55,713 nucleotides of DNA, taken from positions 31,705,286 to 31,760,998 of the forward strand of contig NC_069003.1 of NCBI RefSeq assembly GCF_001194135.2, written 5' to 3'. Origin of the DNA: Octopus bimaculoides (Eukaryota). Of this stretch, positions 46,901 to 55,713 are shown piece by piece. Made by a program: the position numbers and the translations under genes. The notes beneath the pieces were generated by a model, which had not been told where the DNA came from, did not search any database, and saw nothing but the letters and a program-made list of their open reading frames with translations. Each line of letters begins with the position of its first letter. Positions within the stretch are counted from its first letter, which is position 1.

Positions 46901-49900
46901 TACGAACGTGCGTACATATGTACGAACGATCGAAGGAACGAAGGAAAGAACGAACGTACGCACGTACGTAAGAACGAACGAACGGAGTACATACGAACGA
47001 ACGAACGAATGAACGAAGAAACTAAATGAATAAACGATCATTCATTAGTACTTGCGTACGTACATACGTTCGTTCTTTCCCTCGTTCGATCGATCGTTCG
47101 GACGTACGTACGTACGTTCGTTCGTTCGTACATACGTAATTACATACATACGAAAGACTGAACGTACGTACGCAAGTACGTCCGAACGAAAGAACGACCG
47201 AACGAACGAGCGAAAGAATGAACGTGTGTACGTACGTAAGTACGAACGATCGATCGTAATCACGTACGTAGGTACGAACGAATGAACGTACGTATGTGCG
47301 GACGAACGAAAGAACGAACGATCGAAGAAACGAACGACAGAAGGAACGTACGTACGTACGAAAGATCGTACGTACGTGCGTACATACGACCGAACGGAGG
47401 CACGTACTTACGTATGTACGTACTAACGTACAAACGAACGTACATACGAAGGAACGAACTAACGAAAGAACGAAGGAAAGAACTAACGAACAACCGAACG
47501 AAAGAACGTACGTGCGTACGTACGAAAAAACGAACGAACGTTCATACGTAAGAATGAAGGAATGAACGATCGTACGTACATACGAACGAACGAACGAATG
47601 AACGAATAAACGAAATGAATAAACGAGCGAACGTACGAACGTACGATCGAACAAACCTACGAAGGAACTAACGATTGAAAGGACAAACGCACGTACGTAA
47701 GAACGAACGAACGAAGGAAAGAACATACGTGCGTACAAACGAACAAATGAACAAACGTACGTACGTAAGTACGTCCGAACGAACGGACGATCGAACGAAC
47801 GAGCGAAAGAACGAACGTATGTACGTAAGTAAGTACGAACGAACGATCGTAATTACGTACGTACGTGCGGATGGACGAACGAACGAACGAACGAAAGAAC
47901 GAACGTACGAACGTGCGAACGATCGTACGTACGTGCGTACATACGAACGAACGAACGTACGGACCTACGTACGTACTTACGTATGTACGTACGAACGTAC
48001 AAACGAACGTACATACGAAGGAACGAACTAACGTGCGTAAGTACCAAGAAACAAACGTACGTACGTACGATCGAGCGAACTAAGGAACGTGCGTACATAC
48101 GTCCGTACGTACGAACGAACGAACGAACGAACGTACGCCCGAACGCAGGTATGTAACAACGAATAAAAGAACGAACGAGCGTACGTACCTAAGTAGTACG
48201 TACATTAGAATGAACAAACGAACGAACGAGCGAAAGAACGAACGTATGTATGTACGTAAGTACGAACGNNNNNNNNNNNNNNNNNNNNNNNNNNNNNNNN
48301 NNNNNNNNNNNNNNNNNNNNNNNNNNNNNNNNNNNNNNNNNNNNNNNNNNNNNNNNNNNNNNNNNNNNNNNNNNNNNNNNNNNNNNNNNNNNNNNNNNNN
48401 NNNNNNNNNNNNNNNNNNNNNNNNNNNNNNNNNNNNNNNNNNNNNNNNNNNNNNNNNNNNNNNNNNNNNNNNNNNNNNNNNNNNNNNNNNNNNNNNNNNN
48501 NNNNNNNNNNNCGAAAGAAAGAACTACGTGTGTACGTACGAAGAAACGAACGAACGGACAAACGAAGGTACGTTTGTACGTACGTTCATACGTAAGAATG
48601 AATGAATGAACGAACGTGCGTACGTATGTAAGAACGAACGACCAAACGATCGAAGGAACGAACGAAAGAACGAACGAAAGAACGAACGTACGATCGTACG
48701 TAAGAATGAACGATCGTACGTACATACAAACGAACGAACGAGCGAAAGAACGAACGTATGTATGTACGTAAGTACGAACGAACGATCGTAATTACGTACG
48801 TAGGTACGAACGAACGAACGTACGTACGTGCGGACGAACGAACGATCGAAGGAACCGACGAAAGGACGAACGTACGGACGCACGAACGATCGTCCGTACG
48901 TACAAACGAACGAACGGACGGACGGACGTACGGACGTACATACGTATGTACGTAAGAACGTACAAACGAACGTACATACGAAAGAACGAGCTAACGAAAG
49001 AAAGAACGAAGGAAAGAACGTATCAAGAAACAAACGTACGTACGTACGATCGAGCGAACTGAGGAATGTGCGTACATACATCCGTACGTACGAACGAACG
49101 AACGAACGTACGTCCGAACGTAGGTACGTACGAACGAACAAAGGAACGAACTAACGAAAGTACCAAGAAACAAACGAACGTACATACGTCGGAACGAACG
49201 AAGGAACGACCGAAACAACGAATGTACGTACGTACATACGAACGAACGCACTAACGAACGAACGTACGCTCGTACTTACGTATGTATGTAAATCCGTACA
49301 AACGAACGTACATAAGAAGGAACAAATTAGCGAAAGAACGAACGAAGGAAAGAACTAACGAACGACCGAACGAAAGAACGTAAGTGTGTACGTACGAAGA
49401 AACGAACGAACGAACAAACAACACAACGAACAAACGAAGGTATACGTTTGTACGTACGTTCATACGTAAGAATGAAGGAATGAACGAACGAACGTACGTA
49501 CGTACGTATGTACGAACGTGCGTACATATGTACGAACGATCGAAGGAACGAAGGTAAGAACGAACGTACGCACGTACGTAAGAACGAACGAACGGACGTA
49601 CATACGAACGAATAAACGAAGAAACGAAATGAATAAACGAACGAACGTAGGTACGAAGAACGAACGTACGTACGTACGAACGAACGTACGTACGTAGGTA
49701 CTACTTACATTAGAATGAAGGAATGAACGAACGTAAGTACCTACGAACGAACGAACGTACGTACGCACGTTCGTTCGTACGTATGTACGAACGAACAAAG
49801 GAACGAACGTACGTTAGTATGTCCGACCGAACGAACGAGCGAAAGAACGAACGTATGTACGTACGTAAGTACGAACGAACGATCGTAATTACGTACATAG

Positions 49901-52900
49901 GTACGAACGTACGTACGTGCGGACGGACGAACGAACGAACGAACGAACGAAAGAACGAACGTACGTACGTACGAACGATCGTACGTACGTGCGTACATAC
50001 GAACGAACGAACGTACGGACATACGTACGTACTTACGTATGTACGTACGAACGTACAAACGAACGTACATACGAAGGAACGAAAGAACTAAAGAACGAAC
50101 GAAAGAAAGAACGTACGTGTGTACGTACGAAGAAACGAACGAACGGACAAACGAAGATACGTTTGTACGTACGTTCATACGTAAGAATGAATGAATGAAC
50201 GAACGTGCGTACGTATGTAAGAACGAACGACCAAACGATCGAAGGAACGAACGAAAGAACGAACGTACGATCGTACGTAAGAATGAACGATCGTACGTAC
50301 ATACAAACGAACGTACGTAGGTACGAACGAACGAACGTACGTACGTGCGGACGAACGAACGAACGAACGATCGAAGGAACCAACGAAAGGACGAACGTAC
50401 GTACGCACGAACGATCGTACGTACGTACANNNNNNNNNNNNNNNNNNNNNNNNNNNNNNNNNNNNNNNNNNNNNNNNNNNNNNNNNNNNNNNNNNNNNNN
50501 NNNNNNNNNNNNNNNNNNNNNNNNNNNNNNNNNNNNNNNNNNNNNNNNNNNNNNNNNNNNNNNNNNNNNNNNNNNNNNNNNNNNNNNNNNNNNNNNNNNN
50601 NNNNNNNNNNNNNNNNNNNNNNNNNNNNNNNNNNNNNNNNNNNNNNNNNNNNNNNNNNNNNNNNNNNNNNNNNNNNNNNNNNNNNNNNNNNNNNNNNNNN
50701 NNNNNNNNNNNNNNNNNNNNNNNNNNNNNNNNNNNNNNNNNNNNNNNNNNNNNNNNNNNNNNNNNNNNNNNNNNNNNNNNNNNNNNNNNNNNNNNNNNNN
50801 NNNNNNNNNNNNNNNNNNNNNNNNNNNNNNNNNNNNNNNNNNNNNNNNNNNNNNNNNNNNNNNNNNNNNNNNNNNNNNNNNNNNNNNNNNNNNNNNNNNN
50901 NNNNNNNNNNNNNNNNNNNNNNNNNNNNNNNNNNNNNNNNNNNNNNNNNNNNNNNNNNNNNNNNNNNNNNNNNNNNNNNNNNNNNNNNNNNNNNNNNNNN
51001 NNNNNNNNNNNNNNNNNNNNNNNNNNNNNNNNNNNNNNNNNNNNNNNNNNNNNNNNNNNNNNNNNNNNNNNNNNNNNNNNNNNNNNNNNNNNNNNNNNNN
51101 NNNNNNNNNNNNNNNNNNNNNNNNNNNNNNNNNNNNNNNNNNNNNNNNNNNNNNNNNNNNNNNNNNNNNNNNNNNNNNNNNNNNNNNNNNNNNNNNNNNN
51201 NNNNNNNNCGTACGCACGTACGTAAGAACGAACGAACGGACGTACATACGAACGAACGAACGAATGAACGAAGAAACGAAATGAATAAACGAACGAACGT
51301 AGGTACGAAGAACGAACGTACGTACGAACGAGCGAAAGAACGAGCGAAAGAACGAACGTATGTACGTACGTAAGTACGAACGAACGATCGTAATTACGTA
51401 CATAGGTACGAACGTACGTACGTGCGGACGGACGAACGAACGAACGAACGAAAGAACGAACGTACGTACGTACAAACGATCGTACGTACGTGCGTACATA
51501 CGAACGAACGATCGAAGGAACCAACTAAAGGACGAACGTTCGTACGCACGAACGATCGTACGTACGTACATACGAACGAACGAACTAGAGAAAGAACGAA
51601 CGAAGGACAGAACTAACGAACGACCGAACGAAAGAACGTACGTGTGTACGTCCGAAGAAACGAACGAACGAACAAACAACACAACGAACAACCGAAGGTA
51701 TACGTATGTACGTACGTTCATACGTAAGAATGAAGGAATGAACGAACGAACGTACGTACGTACGTACGTATGTACGAACGTGCGTACATATGTACGAACG
51801 ATCGAAGGAACGAAGGTAAGAACTAACGTACGCACGTACGTAAGAACGAACGAACGGACGTACATACGAACGAACGAACGAATGAACGAAGAAACGAAAT
51901 GAATAAACGAACGAACGTAGGTACGAAGAACGAACGTACGTACGAACGAGCGAAAGAACGAGCGAAAGAACGAACGTATGTACGNNNNNNNNNNNNNNNN
52001 NNNNNNNNNNNNNNNNNNNNNNNNNNNNNNNNNNNNNNNNNNNNNNNNNNNNNNNNNNNNNNNNNNNNNNNNNNNNNNNNNNNNNNNNNNNNNNNNNNNN
52101 NNNNNNNNNNNNNNNNNNNNNNNNNNNNNNNNNNNNNNNNNNNNNNNNNNNNNNNNNNNNNNNNNNNNNNNNNNNNNNNNNNNNNNNNNNNNNNNNNNNN
52201 NNNNNNNNNNNNNNNNNNNNNNNNNNNNNNNNNNNNNNNNNNNNNNNNNNNNNNNNNNNNNNNNNNNNNNNNNNNNNNNNNNNNNNNNNNNNNNNNNNNN
52301 NNNNNNNNNNNNNNNNNNNNNNNNNNNNNNNNNNNNNNNNNNNNNNNNNNNNNNNNNNNNNNNNNNNNNNNNNNNNNNNNNNNNNNNNNNNNNNNNNNNN
52401 NNNNNNNNNNNNNNNNNNNNNNNNNNNNNNNNNNNNNNNNNNNNNNNNNNNNNNNNNNNNNNNNNNNNNNNNNNNNNNNNNNNNNNNNNNNNNNNNNNNN
52501 NNNNNNNNNNNNNNNNNNNNNNNNNNNNNNNNNNNNNNNNNNNNNNNNNNNNNNNNNNNNNNNNNNNNNNNNNNNNNNNNNNNNNNNNNNNNNGTACGTC
52601 CGAACAAACGTAAGTACGTCCGTACGAACGAACGAAAGAACTAAAGAAAGACCGAACGAAAGACCGTACGTGTGTACGTACGAAGAAACGAACGAATGAA
52701 CAAACAACACAACGAACAAACGAATGTACGTTTGTACGTAAGAATGAAGGAATGAACGAACGAACGTACGTACGCACGTTCGGTCGTACGTATGTACGAA
52801 CGAACAACCAATCGATCGATGGAACGAACGAAATAACGAACGTACCTACGTACCTAAGAACGAACGATCGTACGTACATACGAACGAACGAACGAATGAA

Positions 52901-55713
52901 CGAAGAAACTAAATGAATAAACGAGCGAATGTACGAACGAACGAACGTACGAACGAACGAACGTATGAAGGAACTAACGATTGAACGTACATACGCATGT
53001 ACGTACGAACGAACGAACGAACGAATGAACGAATGAAAGAACGTACATACGTAATTACGTATGTACGAACGAACAAACGAACGAACGTACGTTAGTATGT
53101 CCGACCGAACGAACGATCGAACGAACGAGCGAAAGAACGAACGTATGTACGTACGTAAGTACGTACGAACGATCGTAATTACGTACGTAGATACGAATGA
53201 ACGAACGTACTTACGTGCGGACGAAGGAAAGATCGAAGGAACGAACGAAAGAACGAACGTACGTACGAACGATCGTACGTACGTGCGTCCATGCGAACTA
53301 ACGAACGTACGGACGTACGTACGAACGTACAAACGAACGTACATACGAAGGAACGAAGGAAGGAAAGAACTAACGAACGACCAAACGAAAGAACGTACGT
53401 GCGTACGTACAAAGAAGCAAACGTTCCTTCAATCGTTCGTTCGTTTATTCATTTGGTTTATTCGTTCATTCGTTCGTATGTACATACGATCGTTCGTTCT
53501 TACGTATGTACGTACGTTCGTTCTTACGTACGTACGTGCGTGCGTTCTTTCGTTCGTTCCATCGATCGTTTAGTCGTTCGTTCCATCGATCGTTTGGTCG
53601 TTCGTTCGTAAATACGTACGTCCGTTCGTTCGTATGTACGCACGTACGTACGATCTTTCTTACGTACGTACGTTCGTTCTTTCCTTCGTTCCTTCGATAG
53701 TTCGTTCGTCCGCACGCAAGTACGTTCGTTCGTTCGTACCTACGTACGTAATTACGATCGTTCGTCCGAACTAACGTACGTACATACGTTCGTTCTTTCG
53801 CTCGTTCGTTAGTACGTTCGCTCGTTTATTCATTTCGTTTCTTTGTTCATTCGTTTGTTCGTTCGTATGTACGTACGGTCTTTCGTTCTTACGTACGTAC
53901 GTTNNNNNNNNNNNNNNNNNNNNNNNNNNNNNNNNNNNNNNNNNNNNNNNNNNNNNNNNNNNNNNNNNNNNNNNNNNNNNNNNNNNNNNNNNNNNNNNNN
54001 NNNNNNNNNNNNNNNNNNNNNNNNNNNNNNNNNNNNNNNNNNNNNNNNNNNNNNNNNNNNNNNNNNNNNNNNNNNNNNNNNNNNNNNNNNNNNNNNNNNN
54101 NNNNNNNNNNNNNNNNNNNNNNNNNNNNNNNNNNNNNNNNNNNNNNNNNNNNNNNNNNNNNNNNNNNNNNNNNNNNNNNNNNNNNNNNNNNNNNNNNNNN
54201 NNNNNNNNNNNNNNNNNNNNNNNNNNNNNNNNNNNNNNNNNNNNNNNNNNNNNNNNNNNNNNNNNNNNNNNNNNNNNNNNNNNNNNNNNNNNNNNNNNNN
54301 NNNNNNNNNNNNNNNNNNNNNNNNNNNNNNNNNNNNNNNNNNNNNNNNNNNNNNNNNNNNNNNNNNNNGCGTTCTTTCGTTCGTTCCATCGATCGTTTAG
54401 TCGTTCGTTCCATCGATCGTTTGGTCGTTCGTTCGTAAATACGTACGTCCGTTCGTTCGTATGTACGCACGTACGTACGTTTGTTGTTTCGTTCGTTCCT
54501 TCGATCGTTCGTTCGTTCGTTCGGACGTACGTACGTTCGTTTGTTTGTTCGTTTGATCTTTCATTCTTTCACAAGTGCGTACATTCGTTCGTTTGTTCAT
54601 TCGTTTGTTTGTTCATTCTAATGTACGTACTATGAACGTACGTACGCTCGTTCGTTCTTTTGTTCGTTCGTACGTACCTACGTTCGGACGTACGTTCGTT
54701 CGTTCGTACGGACGCATGTACGCACGTTCCTTAGTTCGCTCGATCGTACGTACGTACGTTTGTTTCTTGGTACGTACGCACTTACGTTCGGTCGTTCGTT
54801 AGTTCGTTACTCCGTTCGTTCTTTCGTTAGTTCGTTCTTTCTTTAGTTCGTTCTTTCGTTAGTTCGTTCTTTCGTATGTACCTTCGTTTGTACGTTCGTA
54901 CGTCGATACGTAAGTACGTACGTACGTCCATACGTTTGTTCGTTCGTTCCTTCGATCGTACGGTCGTTTGTTCGTTCGTTCGGACGTACGTACGTACGTT
55001 CGTTCTTTCGTTCGTTTGTTCATTCTAATGTACGTACTACGTTCGAACTTTCTTCTGTTCGTTCGTACGTACCTATGTTCGGACGTACGTTCGTTCTTTT
55101 ATACATTCATTCGTTCGTTAGTATGTACGTACGATCGTTCGTTCTTACGTACGTACATACGTTCGTTTTTTCGTTCGTTCCTTCGTTCGTTTGGTCGTTC
55201 GTCCGTACATACGTACGCACGTTCGTTCGTACGTACGTACATTCGTTCGTTCGTACGTACTTACGTTCGTTCATTCCTTCATTCTTACGTATAAACGTAC
55301 GTACAAACGTACCTTCGTTTCTTCGTTGTGTCGTTTGTTCGTTCGTTCATTTCTTCGTACGTACACACGTACGTTCTTTTGTTCGGTCGTTCGTTAGTTC
55401 TTTCGTTCGTTCGTTCTTTCGCTAGTTCGTTCCTTCGTATGTACGTTCGTTTGTACGTTCTTACGAACAAACGAAGGTACGTTTGTACATACGTTCATAC
55501 GTAAGAATGAAGGAATGAACGAACGTAAGTACGTACGAACGAACGAATGTACGTACGTACGAACGAACGTGCGTAAGTATTTACGAACAAAAAACCAAAC
55601 GATCGAAGGAACGAACGAATGAACGAACGTACGTACGTAAGAACGAACGATTGTACGTACAAAAGAACGAACGTTCATACGTAAAGATGAAAGAATGAAC
55701 GAAGGTAAGTACT
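34986..55713. repeat. CpG-rich tetramer-derived satellite (AACG/TACG and variants) with higher-order repeats, internal inversions and gaps; runs off the window
   Basis: Almost entirely 4-nt units. Rare landmarks (GCACTTGTGAAC, CATTAGAATGAAC, GATCGTAATTACG) recur in both orientations. Confidence 0.97.

Noticed and set aside
34952-55713. Dozens of ORFs (e.g. 1103 aa at 50033-53344) with YVRSFVRT/ERTNERT repeats
   Set aside because: Translation of a tetramer satellite that is depleted of stop codons, often extended through N gaps; no domain content.
34986-55713. CRISPR-like or coding tandem-repeat interpretation of the array
   Set aside because: Eukaryotic context, no unique spacers, no cas genes; the units are degenerate 4-mers.

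Overview
Eukaryotic, AT-rich draft-assembly sequence with many N gaps. The SINE/MITE families resemble those I recall from octopus (coleoid cephalopod) genomes; species is inferred, not proven. About 1-26.3 kb holds a + strand cytohesin (Sec7-PH ArfGEF; CYTH1-4/steppke pro-ortholog). Ten coding exons can be spliced by hand from 5617 to the stop at 26315-26317; the N-terminal coiled-coil exons were not found and probably lie upstream of the window. Introns and the downstream region are packed with tRNA-derived SINEs, RTE-tail repeats, TTAA-flanked MITEs, mariner and hAT fragments, Penelope-like repeats and microsatellites. About 34.98-55.7 kb is a ~20.7 kb CpG-rich (AACG/TACG) tetramer-derived satellite with higher-order duplications and at least 8 strand inversions; all long ORFs there and across gaps are artefacts. 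Most notable: a well-formed type I hammerhead ribozyme fold with a palindromic, dimer-type stem III at 34402-34470, inside a structured ~320-nt element at the satellite border. Also seen: minimal Penelope-type hammerhead variants near 108 and 2300, a ~30-bp hairpin downstream of the stop, a duplicated tRNA-like unit, a candidate 13-nt microexon, and a PH domain apparently fixed in the diglycine form.
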